From the IMG/VR virus record IMGVR_UViG_3300009609_000027, positions 1 to 53,978 of that record: a stretch of 53,978 nt of DNA; one strand, given 5' to 3'. The notes beneath the pieces are model-generated. The model worked only from the letters and a program-made list of their open reading frames with translations, made no database searches and was not told where the DNA came from. Both the position numbers and the translations under genes were made by a program. Source of the stretch: a virus (lineage: Duplodnaviria; Caudoviricetes). Positions within the stretch are counted from its first letter, which is position 1; each line of letters starts with the position of its first letter. Positions 8,225 through 16,384 of this stretch are shown here, in pieces.

Positions 8225-8607
8225 CGCGAACCATCCATGGTGACCGCGATGATCTCCGCGTCGGGCCTCATCATCGCTTGCAACTCGACCAGCGGATCGA
8301 TGTCGGTGTGATCAGCGAGGGCAAGCGGTGCAACCTCGCGGTCTGCGCCATACCGGCCGACCTGCTCGGCCAGCCAACGCCAGACATGCTCTGCGTCGTC
8401 GAACTCGGGCACTTTGACTGCGGCCAGGTCGGGGAACTGCTCACACAGTGATGACCTGCACTCATCGAGCACGCGTGGGATCTGGTGCGTGAAGACGTCT
8501 TCGCCAGTCATATGCCGCGTGAAGGTGTATATGTCGGCTATGCCGTCGGGGGCAACCAACTTGCCACTGAGGGCCGAGAGAATAACGCCGATATGAAAGG
8601 TCTTCAT
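8221..8607 (-). CDS. Hypothetical phage protein
   Basis: Coupled overlaps at both ends; normal composition. Confidence 0.6.
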   Translation of the reverse strand: MKTFHIGVILSALSGKLVAPDGIADIYTFTRHMTGEDVFTHQIPRVLDECRSSLCEQFPDLAAVKVPEFDDAEHVWRWLAEQVGRYGADREVAPLALADHTDIDPLVELQAMMRPDAEIIAVTMDGSR

Positions 8608-10076
8608 CGCGAGCCGACCGGGCAGTAGTCACGCGAACCGCACGAAACGCACAGGTTGGTGCGATTGGGGACGAAGACGCCGGCCTGCGTGCCACGCATC
8701 GCCTGACCATAGCGGAACTGCAACTCCTCGAGCGGATGGGCGGCGAGCACGTCGACCAGGTCGGTGTAGATGCCCTTGCGCGCCAGCCAGTATCGACCGG
8801 TGATGGTCGGCGAGATCATCGTGGCCGACGTGATCAGTTCCATTACGAGCGCGTGCGCGTACTCGCCGAGTTGGAAGGTCTCTGACGGCTCGCTGCGCCC
8901 GCTCTTCATATCCGTCACGACGACCTGGTCGGCCTCGACGTCGCGCCACGCCTGGTCGACGAAGCCCTTCGACGTGACACCAGTGCTTCCGTCCAGCGTG
9001 CGCACCGTCATCTCGTACGGCCACTCGATGACCGGTCGGCCGTCGCCCAGGCGCAGGATCTGATAGCGCGCCCTGAACTTCTCGTCATGGTGCTCGACGT
9101 AGCGCTTGAGCATCCCTACGCCCTCCACGCGCCACCAGTCGAAGCCCTCGCGTCCGCCGTTGGCCACGTGCCAGGTCGACGGGTCGGCGTACGGGGTGCC
9201 GACCATCTCGTCCAGCACGACCTTGACCTGTGCGTCGAGCATCGCGTTCCACTGATCTTCGACGCTGGCGAGGTCGGTATGCACGCCGGCGAGCTCCAGG
9301 CGCTCCACCGTCTCGATCGCGGCATGGAAGGCGTTGCCACCGATCAGCGACCAGGACGGCTTGCGCGCGCCCAGCGCCCCGGCGCGCGAAGCGTCGGAGA
9401 GCAGCGCCGACAGCGAGCAGCCCTCATACGAGGAGACGTAGGAATGTGAGACATGCTCACGCGCCGCGTCGCCGGTGCTCATGTGCGTGATCAGCGCGGG
9501 CAGCGCCGAGAACGGGACGGCCGCCACCGGGGCGCGACGCGCAGGCGGGGCGGGCGAAGTGAACGGGCTGTCGACGAGTTGCGCTGCGGTGGGTCCTGCG
9601 GTCACGTCGGGCATCTCTTTCTTCAAGGCGTCGAGTACCTGCTCAGGGCGTGGCGTCGGCTCGTAGGTCTTCGACGTGCCGGTCAGGTAGTCCATCAACG
9701 GGTCGACGATCGGGGCGGCGAGCTTCGCCGCGACAGCCTTGGCCTCATCGCTGAGTTCGACATGCGGCGCGCTGAGTGGCGACTCCGCATCGATCTCGTA
9801 CTCAGCCGCCGAGAGATCCCTGGTCAGGTTCACGGCGAAGCCCGCCAGACGCGTCGCCGCATCCCTGATCGACTTCGCCGTGCCGAGACGCCCCTTCTTA
9901 GTGCTGGCCTCCCACCAGTTCGCCTCGTCACGCCACACCGCGACGAGCTCCATCATCGCGGCCTTGATTCGCTCGGTCGGTGCGAGATTCTCGGCGCTCG
10001 CGGCGTCCATGACGCGCTTACGTCCGTCGGCGTTGCGTTGCTGTATCTCGGCGATCTCGCTCGATGTCGTCGTCAT
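8604..10076 (-). CDS. Cas4/RecB-like PD-(D/E)XK exonuclease with N-terminal extension
   Basis: SHSYVSSYEGC, GNAFH, GFVD, DMKSG, QLGEY and CVSC...YC. Start placed at ATG 10076, 8 nt after the -10 box. Confidence 0.82.
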   Translation of the reverse strand: MTTTSSEIAEIQQRNADGRKRVMDAASAENLAPTERIKAAMMELVAVWRDEANWWEASTKKGRLGTAKSIRDAATRLAGFAVNLTRDLSAAEYEIDAESPLSAPHVELSDEAKAVAAKLAAPIVDPLMDYLTGTSKTYEPTPRPEQVLDALKKEMPDVTAGPTAAQLVDSPFTSPAPPARRAPVAAVPFSALPALITHMSTGDAAREHVSHSYVSSYEGCSLSALLSDASRAGALGARKPSWSLIGGNAFHAAIETVERLELAGVHTDLASVEDQWNAMLDAQVKVVLDEMVGTPYADPSTWHVANGGREGFDWWRVEGVGMLKRYVEHHDEKFRARYQILRLGDGRPVIEWPYEMTVRTLDGSTGVTSKGFVDQAWRDVEADQVVVTDMKSGRSEPSETFQLGEYAHALVMELITSATMISPTITGRYWLARKGIYTDLVDVLAAHPLEELQFRYGQAMRGTQAGVFVPNRTNLCVSCGSRDYCPVGSR

Positions 10077-10114
10077 GACGTCGGACGCTACCGGGTGACC
10101 TAGTGACGTGTCAA
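10077..10114 (-). promoter_or_regulatory. Operator-promoter, leaderless
   Basis: TTGACACGTCACTAG; TTGACA-N18-TAGCGT-N8-ATG. Confidence 0.85.
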
Positions 10115-10212
10115 CAGCGACGGTCACGACGACAAGATCTCGCTCTCAGGGAAGGACGCGAACAGCGCCGCCAGCACCATCGACAACAGCAACGCCTCGA
10201 ACGCCTCGTCCG

Positions 10213-12426
10213 TCATGACCTGACCGCCTGACGTGCCACGCGCTCGAGGATCAAAGGTAGGTAGGTCGCCTCGCGCTCGATGGCGATGCACCGGAAGCCC
10301 TCAGCCAGGCACGCCTCCACCGTCGTGCCGCTCCCCGCGAACGGCTCCAGCACCACGCCATCGGGCGGCGTGACCAGGCGCACCAGCCAGCGCATCAACT
10401 CCAACGGTTTGACCGTGGCATGGGCGACGCCGTCGACCTTCGGGCGCTCTTTCGTCGACGCCTTCGCCTGATATCTGAACACTGGAAAGAACCGCGATGC
10501 CCCGCCCGCGTCGGTCTTGCGGGCGACTAGATCGTCCTGCCCGGCGAACTCGCCGTAGGTGTCGCGGAACTTGTCGCTGCCACGGCGCGTCGGGTTGGCG
10601 CCGGACGTCAGCGTGCCGCTCTGCGCGTCAAGTTCGGCGGCGGCGTACTCGTCGAGCAGCACGTTGGTTGGCCAGCGACCGGCGTCGGTCGTGCCCGCCG
10701 CCACGGACCCCTGCAGCCCGTCGCCATACACGTCGTTACCAGACCGCCGGTTGGACACAACGAGCGGTCTGCACTCGCCGTGCACCCGCGTCGCGTCGAT
10801 GTTCAGCGCTCCCGTGCCGTGCGCGAGCACATTGGCGACGACCGTGCCGACGAGTGGCTTGCGGGCGACGACGATCGGCTCACTCGCCGGCTTCAGGGCG
10901 ACGTTCCAGCCTTCCCAGCGGCGCGCGGCGTCGGTTGCTGGTGCAGTCTCTGTCTTTCCCCGCGCAGTCGTACTCCACTCGTCCTGCGCGTACGTGTCGG
11001 CCGGCGTCCAGTGACCGGCCGTCCCGTCGGCGTAACGCCGCGCTCCGATCACCTCGCGCTGCGCGCCGGACGCCTTGTCGATCGCCTTGCTGACGTCGAG
11101 CCCCTTGGGGAAGCCGCTGTTTCCGGTGATAAAGATCTTCCCGTTGCGGCGAGCGATGAAGGCGCCGGTCGGCACGCGTACGCACCAGACTTCGCCGGCG
11201 TAGTCCTGCTGACTGTCGACGAGGTGACGCGCCTGTAGTTCGGTCGTCGCCCGGTCGCGTAGGTATAGGGTGCCACCGGGACGGTTGGGGCGCATGCCGA
11301 CTTTGCCGGACCTGCCGATCAGGGCCAGCAGCGTCTGCAGCCAGATCAGGTCGTCCTCGTACTGCTGGTAGAACTGCTGACTGTGCGTCGCCCAGCCGGA
11401 GCCGTCACCGAGCATCGCAGCACGCAGCAGAGCTCGCTTCTCCGCGCCGGTCATACGCCAGAGCAGGTCGTAGGTCGGACGTTTCCCCGGCAGGTCGGCC
11501 CTGACGCGCCGAGCCAGATCACCGCTAAAGAACCACGTCGTGGCGACGTGTGGATGCGCTGCGCCGTTGCGTCGGGTGTAGGTGCGGGACTGGTCGTAGC
11601 GCTTGTGAGCGCCCAGGCGGTCCAGCAGTGCCGCGATCTCGGCGACCTTTTCGGCGTTGACGCTCGACTGATAGATGCGCACGCCGGTGCCGGACAGGTC
11701 AAAACCGCCCTCCGTCCAGACCCAGCCGAGCAGCGCGGCGTAGTCATCGCCGCCCACTCCGGGGCCTTCATGTTCGCCGGCGACGGGCAGTCGAATCGGA
11801 TTCCAGGTGCTCAGAGCGCCGGCCTCGGCCACCTGCCACTGATCGTTGTACCAGCGCCGGCGATGTCCGTTCTCAAGGCGCCGCTGCGACGGCTGGTGAT
11901 AGACGCGGTGATTCGGCGTCAGTAGTTGGTCTGTGTCGGCGTTACGGAGTACGCGCATCGGACCATCCCACGGCGCACGGAAAGTCTCCTCTACCGCAGT
12001 CAGACTGATCTCGCCCGACCTCGCGTCCCACTGGGCGACGCGGTCGCCCGCCTGAACGTCGATGCCTGGGCGCCAGCCGTGCTCGGTCAGAATCTCGGTG
12101 TCTGCGGACAGACAGCCGTAGATCCACGTGATCGAGTCGCGGATCTCGAAGCCGGCGTCCTCGATCGCGCAGGCCAATCGGTGATAGGTGCGCGTGCCGC
12201 CGAACGCGAGCAGGTGCCCGCCCGGCTTGAGGATGCGCAGGCACTCGCGCCACAGGTCGACGTTGTACGCGATGCCCGAGTCGTCCCACGACTTGCCCAT
12301 GAAGCCGAGCTCATAGGGCGGATCGGTGATCACCGCGTCACAGATGTCCGACGCCAGATTGCCGAGCAGGACCGTCGAGTCACCGTGGTAGAGGGCCACC
12401 CGGCCGTCGAAGTGGTGCGGCGTCAT
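10213..12426 (-). CDS. DNA N6A/N4C methyltransferase (beta class) containing an intein
   Basis: DPPY at aa 35-38; HATVKP and EPFAGSGTT near the C-terminus; WIYG/SGFPK is rejoined after intein removal (405-aa extein). Confidence 0.92.
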   Translation of the reverse strand: MTPHHFDGRVALYHGDSTVLLGNLASDICDAVITDPPYELGFMGKSWDDSGIAYNVDLWRECLRILKPGGHLLAFGGTRTYHRLACAIEDAGFEIRDSITWIYGCLSADTEILTEHGWRPGIDVQAGDRVAQWDARSGEISLTAVEETFRAPWDGPMRVLRNADTDQLLTPNHRVYHQPSQRRLENGHRRRWYNDQWQVAEAGALSTWNPIRLPVAGEHEGPGVGGDDYAALLGWVWTEGGFDLSGTGVRIYQSSVNAEKVAEIAALLDRLGAHKRYDQSRTYTRRNGAAHPHVATTWFFSGDLARRVRADLPGKRPTYDLLWRMTGAEKRALLRAAMLGDGSGWATHSQQFYQQYEDDLIWLQTLLALIGRSGKVGMRPNRPGGTLYLRDRATTELQARHLVDSQQDYAGEVWCVRVPTGAFIARRNGKIFITGNSGFPKGLDVSKAIDKASGAQREVIGARRYADGTAGHWTPADTYAQDEWSTTARGKTETAPATDAARRWEGWNVALKPASEPIVVARKPLVGTVVANVLAHGTGALNIDATRVHGECRPLVVSNRRSGNDVYGDGLQGSVAAGTTDAGRWPTNVLLDEYAAAELDAQSGTLTSGANPTRRGSDKFRDTYGEFAGQDDLVARKTDAGGASRFFPVFRYQAKASTKERPKVDGVAHATVKPLELMRWLVRLVTPPDGVVLEPFAGSGTTVEACLAEGFRCIAIEREATYLPLILERVARQAVRS
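11119..12114 (-). mobile_element. Intein (332 aa) with in-frame LAGLIDADG endonuclease
   Basis: Starts CLSADTEILT; block B LTPNHR; LLGWVWTEG and LLRAAMLGDGS helices; ends VWCVRVPTG...FITGN with +1 Ser. Confidence 0.92.
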
Positions 12427-12477
12427 GGTGTCGGACTGTATTGACCAGCTAGTGACACGTCAAGTAGCGTTCCGGCC
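12427..12477. promoter_or_regulatory. Overlapping divergent leaderless promoters sharing one operator
   Basis: Plus: TTGACC-N18-TAGCGT-N7-ATG(12478). Minus: TTGACG-N17-TACAGT-N8-ATG(12426). Operator at 12449-12463. Confidence 0.85.
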
Positions 12478-12732
12478 ATGAGAAGTTCCCCCCCACGCAT
12501 GGCCTCGCACGGCGGCGCGCGAGGTGGACGTCGGCCCAGTCCCGCCGAGGCCATCTTCACCGAGCAGGTCGTCGTGCAGGTCACCCCGGCCATCCGCGAG
12601 CGCATCGACACCATGACCACCACGCACGGCGTGTCCATGGCCAAGATCGTGCGCGCCATCGTCTGGGCCGGGATCGACGACATCGAGAAGCGACTGGGCG
12701 ACGGCACGCTGAGCGCCGGGCAACTGGCCTAG
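12478..12732 (+). CDS. Ribbon-helix-helix (CopG/Arc-like) regulator
   Basis: VVVQVTPAIRERIDTMTTTHGVSMAKIVRAIV fits a strand-helix-G-x-S-helix pattern. Confidence 0.6.
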   Translation: MRSSPPRMASHGGARGGRRPSPAEAIFTEQVVVQVTPAIRERIDTMTTTHGVSMAKIVRAIVWAGIDDIEKRLGDGTLSAGQLA

Positions 12733-12822
12733 AGTCCGACCAACAGACCAGGAACGACGAAGCCCGGCCTGCGAGGTGACCGGGCTCATCGGCGTCGCCG
12801 CCATAACGAAGGGGGAACTTCG

Positions 12823-13380
12823 TTGCCCGCACATGATATCGCGAGCGTCGCAGCCGCGTACTGCCGCCGCGGCTGGCGCGTCATCCAACTGCACGACTAC
12901 ACCGCCGGCGCCTGCTCGTGCCGCGCAGGCCAGCACTGCGGACGCTCGGCCGGCAAGCATCCCATCGCGGACGCCTGGCAGCACAACTACCTGTCGACGC
13001 CACCGGAGGTCTTCGCGGCCTGGGCTGCCCGCCCGCAGGCGAACGTCGGCATCGTGACCGGGCCGGCCAGCGGCATCTGGGTGCTCGACGTCGACCCCGA
13101 CCACGACGGGCACAACCGCCTCGGCGAGCTGGAGCTGGCCTTCGGGCCACTGCCCAAGACCTACACGGTGCGCACCGGGTCGGGCGGCATGCACTTCTAC
13201 TTCGCGTTGGACGACGTCGACTTCGACCTGACCAACTCGCGCGGACGCCTACCGGCCGGCCTGGACGTGCGGGGCCGTGGTGGCTTCGTGGTCGCGCCGC
13301 CCAGCGTCTCAGGTCGAGGCCCGTACCTGGTGATGAGCGACCCCGACGAGCTCGCGCGGATGACCGGCGGTGAGCGATGA
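12823..13380 (+). CDS. Bifunctional DNA primase/polymerase (Prim-Pol) domain
   Basis: CSC...C..SAGKHP, ANVGIVTG, VLDVD, TGSGGMHFYF, LDVRGRGGFVVAPPS. Confidence 0.9.
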   Translation: MPAHDIASVAAAYCRRGWRVIQLHDYTAGACSCRAGQHCGRSAGKHPIADAWQHNYLSTPPEVFAAWAARPQANVGIVTGPASGIWVLDVDPDHDGHNRLGELELAFGPLPKTYTVRTGSGGMHFYFALDDVDFDLTNSRGRLPAGLDVRGRGGFVVAPPSVSGRGPYLVMSDPDELARMTGGER

Positions 13381-13841
13381 GCGACATGCGCCTATGGCGC
13401 CAGGTGACCAAGTTCGACACCGCAGCCTGCGCGCTCGCTGACCGACACTACTCGAGGCGCAAGCCTGGATCGGGACAGTTCATGCCGCCCGGCCAGACGG
13501 TCGTGTTGCTGTCACTCGACGGGACTGCCGTCTTCGGTTGGTGGCGCCCCCATCCGGACAGTGGCATCAAGTCAATGAACGGCCTGGACGGTTGGACCTG
13601 CACGATCTTTCGCAACGAGGGGGCGCAGTTGTCCAGCGTGTTGATCCTCGACGCCGAGCACGCCCTGGACGTCCACAGCATCGGGCCGGACGGGATGCTC
13701 ACCTACGTGTGGGATGCGAAGGTGCGCTCAGTCAATCCCGGCGCGTGCTTCAAGGCCGCAGGCTGGCGACGCATCGGTCGCAGTGCGGACAACCGCAAGA
13801 CGCTGCCACAGAAGATGTCGACCCGGCAGGTGGCGACATGA
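13377..13841 (+). CDS. Conserved-looking phage protein, possible GNAT/Mom-like fold
   Basis: ADRHYSR, FRNEG and TYVW...NPGACFKAAGW..IG, the last resembling the C-terminal motif of Mom/GNAT proteins; ATGA overlaps both neighbours. Confidence 0.45.
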   Translation: MSDMRLWRQVTKFDTAACALADRHYSRRKPGSGQFMPPGQTVVLLSLDGTAVFGWWRPHPDSGIKSMNGLDGWTCTIFRNEGAQLSSVLILDAEHALDVHSIGPDGMLTYVWDAKVRSVNPGACFKAAGWRRIGRSADNRKTLPQKMSTRQVAT

Positions 13842-15463
13842 GGGGCGCGCCAGCATGGCTGACCGACCTGCTGCGCCCCAAGGCCGTCGAGGCCACCCGC
13901 TCGCTCTACGCCGAGTACGTCGGGCGAGATGGGCACGCCTACGCCCTGGCCGCGGTGCGTGGCGAGCTGGCGCACATGTCGGCCGCGGTGCCCGGCACGC
14001 GCAACCAGGCCGCCTACCGCGTCGCCGCCCGCCTCATCGAGTTGTGCCTGGCCGACTGGTCGCACCTGGACTACGCCGAAGTGCAGAGCGCCTATCTGGG
14101 CGCCTGCGAGCTGGCCAACACCGACGGGGAGTTTCTCGACGGCGAAGCCTGGGGGGTCTGGTTCAGCGCAGAGCGACGCATCCGCGACCCGGCCACCCTG
14201 CCCGCGCCGGAGCATCTGGGCACCGTCATGCCCTGGATCGACGTGGCCGGCGCAGGTGGTGTGTCGGATTTTGATCAGGCCGCGGTGCCGGCAGCACAAC
14301 GCGTCGCGGCCATGCTCACGGCCGACCCGTACGAGCGCGACGTCGCCTTCGAGATGCACCGGCTGCGCGTACGCCAGGAAGCGACGCGACGCCTGGCTAC
14401 GCTCAGTGAGCGCCTGACCGATTTTGACCAGGAAGTGCTCGACGACGAAGGTCTCGCCGCACTGCCCAGGCCGGACGCGCTGGTCGACGGCTACCTGGAC
14501 CGCGACTCGCTGGCGCGCGTCAACGGGCCGAGCGGGCACGGCAAGAGCTTCGTGACGCTGGACCTTGCGGCCTGCGTCGCATCGGGGCGCAACTGGCATG
14601 GGCGCGCCGTCACGCAGGCCGCGGTGCTCTATCTCGCCGCTGAGGGCGTGCAGGACATGGGGGACCGGGCGGCGGCCTGGGCGCAGCGTCACGATGTCGA
14701 CTCGACCGGCGTGGTCTTCCTGCCGCGGGCCGTCCAGGTCGGGGGGGCGGAGTGGCCGGCGCTGTGCGCATGGGTGGCCCGACGTGGCTTCGGGTTGATC
14801 GTCGTCGACACCCAGGCCAGGGCCACGGTCGGCGTGAAGGAGAACGACGCCACCGAGATGGGCGAGATCGTGGCCGGCCTAGACCTGCTGCGTGGCGCGA
14901 CCGGGGCGTGCGTGCTGCTCGTGCATCATCGTGGGCTGACTGGAGAGCACGGGCGTGGCTCGACCGCCATCAAGGGCGCCATGGATGCCGAGCTCGACGT
15001 CTCCAGATCGGGGGCGACGATCACGGTCAAGACGACCAAACAGAAGCGCCGGGCGGAGGCGTTACCGATGCTGCTGACCATGCAGCCACTCGGAGCGTCG
15101 ATCGTGTTGGTCGGCGAGCGCGACCAGGTCGACGACAGCAGCCCGTTCACCTCCCCGGTCATGACGTTGAGCCTGCGCGACAAGTGCGCCATCGCCATCG
15201 CGCACGCGCTCATCGACGCCAAGGGCTCCGGACTGACCCGGAGTGAGGCTCAGGCACATGCCAGAGTCGCGCTCGATCTCGCGTCCAATGAGTCGAATAA
15301 GCGCGTGGTCCGCCGGGCGTGGGCCGACCTGGTGGGGATCGGTCGCATCGCCCGTGCGCAAGGGCGCGAAGCGTACTTCTTCCTCGAGATGGATGGATTG
15401 CCTATCTTGTCGGTGAATCCTGACAAGGTCGTAGAAGGTGGTCCAGAGTTGTATATGCCCTGA
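13838..15463 (+). CDS. RecA-like AAA helicase (AAA_25/RepA type) with primase C-terminal region
   Basis: Start ATG 13838; GTRN helical domain; Walker A GPSGHGKS; YLAAEG; Walker B IVVDT; LVHH...RGSTA. Confidence 0.88.
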   Translation: MRGAPAWLTDLLRPKAVEATRSLYAEYVGRDGHAYALAAVRGELAHMSAAVPGTRNQAAYRVAARLIELCLADWSHLDYAEVQSAYLGACELANTDGEFLDGEAWGVWFSAERRIRDPATLPAPEHLGTVMPWIDVAGAGGVSDFDQAAVPAAQRVAAMLTADPYERDVAFEMHRLRVRQEATRRLATLSERLTDFDQEVLDDEGLAALPRPDALVDGYLDRDSLARVNGPSGHGKSFVTLDLAACVASGRNWHGRAVTQAAVLYLAAEGVQDMGDRAAAWAQRHDVDSTGVVFLPRAVQVGGAEWPALCAWVARRGFGLIVVDTQARATVGVKENDATEMGEIVAGLDLLRGATGACVLLVHHRGLTGEHGRGSTAIKGAMDAELDVSRSGATITVKTTKQKRRAEALPMLLTMQPLGASIVLVGERDQVDDSSPFTSPVMTLSLRDKCAIAIAHALIDAKGSGLTRSEAQAHARVALDLASNESNKRVVRRAWADLVGIGRIARAQGREAYFFLEMDGLPILSVNPDKVVEGGPELYMP

Positions 15464-15473
15464 CATATTCGGG

Positions 15474-15705
15474 CGGACAGCTAGCCCGGACAAGATCATC
15501 GGACAGATTGATCTTGTCCTGTCCGGGGCGCTGTCCGCAAAGGGTAATAAGCGCAGGTCAGACCCCGGACAGGGGGTTGTCGGGCATTGTCCGTGGCCGT
15601 TACCCGTAGACGGACGGACAGGGGGGTTGTCTCGTAGAGACCCCCGTTGTCCGGACGGGCTGTCCGGGTTGGTGGTTGAATTAATAACTTAAGACTTCTT
15701 AAGAT
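15474..15705. repeat. Putative replication origin: CGGACA repeats plus AT-rich tract
   Basis: CGGACA at 15474, 15487, 15500, 15566, 15615; TGTCCG at 15520, 15532, 15588, 15648, 15661; AT-rich 15679-15705; directly after the helicase. Confidence 0.6.
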
Positions 15706-15712
15706 GAGGCCC

Positions 15713-16012
15713 ATGACAGGAAACGAGGCTCCAGACATCGCCAACGGGTTTCCGAGCGGCGGAGTTCGAATCGGGCCGGCGTGGCGTACGACGTGGAACA
15801 TGCTTGCCGATCATGAGTGGCATAAGGGCGTTGAGTTGTCGAAGGCGGTGGCTGAGTTGCACGAGCTCAGCCCTACCACGATCAAGGGATTGTTGAGCCA
15901 AGCCGCGAAGGCTGGGCTGCTCGATCGCGAGACGCGCTTCGCCGGCAAGGTCGGCGGCTACACCACGAAAACGCCCCCGATGCGTCCAGCCTGGTATCGC
16001 CGACCGGCATGA
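15713..16012 (+). CDS. Hypothetical protein, winged-HTH-like
   Basis: GAGG SD; LSPTTIKGLLSQAAKAGLL...WYR. Confidence 0.55.
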   Translation: MTGNEAPDIANGFPSGGVRIGPAWRTTWNMLADHEWHKGVELSKAVAELHELSPTTIKGLLSQAAKAGLLDRETRFAGKVGGYTTKTPPMRPAWYRRPA

Positions 16013-16170
16013 TCAAAGGGTTCTGGATCATTGGCAAAGCATTGCTCCGGGGTGTCTATCCGTGCCGGTGCTGGGAGTCGACGCGATCGTGTGGCTCGCA
16101 GTGGTGCCCGTGCTGGGGCCGGCCGGATGTGGCGCTCATGCCGGCCGACTGCTGTGCCCGACGCAAGCTC

Positions 16171-16207
16171 TTGACGCGTCACTAGGTTAGTCCGTAGGGT
16201 CGAGGAC
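16171..16207 (+). promoter_or_regulatory. Operator-promoter, leaderless
   Basis: TTGACGCGTCACTAG; TTGACG-N18-TAGGGT-N7-ATG(16208). Confidence 0.85.
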
Positions 16208-16384
16208 ATGAAGCGCGCGAAGATCGAGAATCCAGACCTGGAGCTGGCCCGCCGACGTCTCGCCCAGGCGCGTGGCCGGTGCGCCGACGAGCGATGGGTC
16301 TGGGGAACCGCGACGCGTCTGAGCGCCGCACGCCTCGACGACGCCCTGCGACGCGTGGCGTACCTGGAAGGCCGCGGCGCGTGA
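16208..16384 (+). CDS. Small hypothetical protein (58 aa)
   Basis: MKRAKIENPD...EGRGA read manually; GTGA overlap with the helicase start. Confidence 0.6.
   Translation: MKRAKIENPDLELARRRLAQARGRCADERWVWGTATRLSAARLDDALRRVAYLEGRGA

Noticed and set aside
8604-10076. Cas4-like gene as evidence of a CRISPR system
   Set aside because: No repeat-spacer array or other cas genes; solo Cas4-like exonucleases are common phage recombination genes.
10077-10127. ORF-track start at 10127 for the exonuclease
   Set aside because: That segment is the operator-promoter; ATG 10076 fits the leaderless geometry.
10124-10216. 30-aa minus-strand ORF (MTDEAFEALL...)
   Set aside because: Coupled to the MTase stop but too short and featureless to support.
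16279-16380. N-terminal extension of the helicase given by the ORF track
   Set aside because: Overlaps the better-supported 16208-16384 gene; GTG 16381 precedes the LRPYQ motif. Extensions starting at 13538, 21280, 31869, 32956, 38810, 46680 and 50496 were trimmed for similar reasons.
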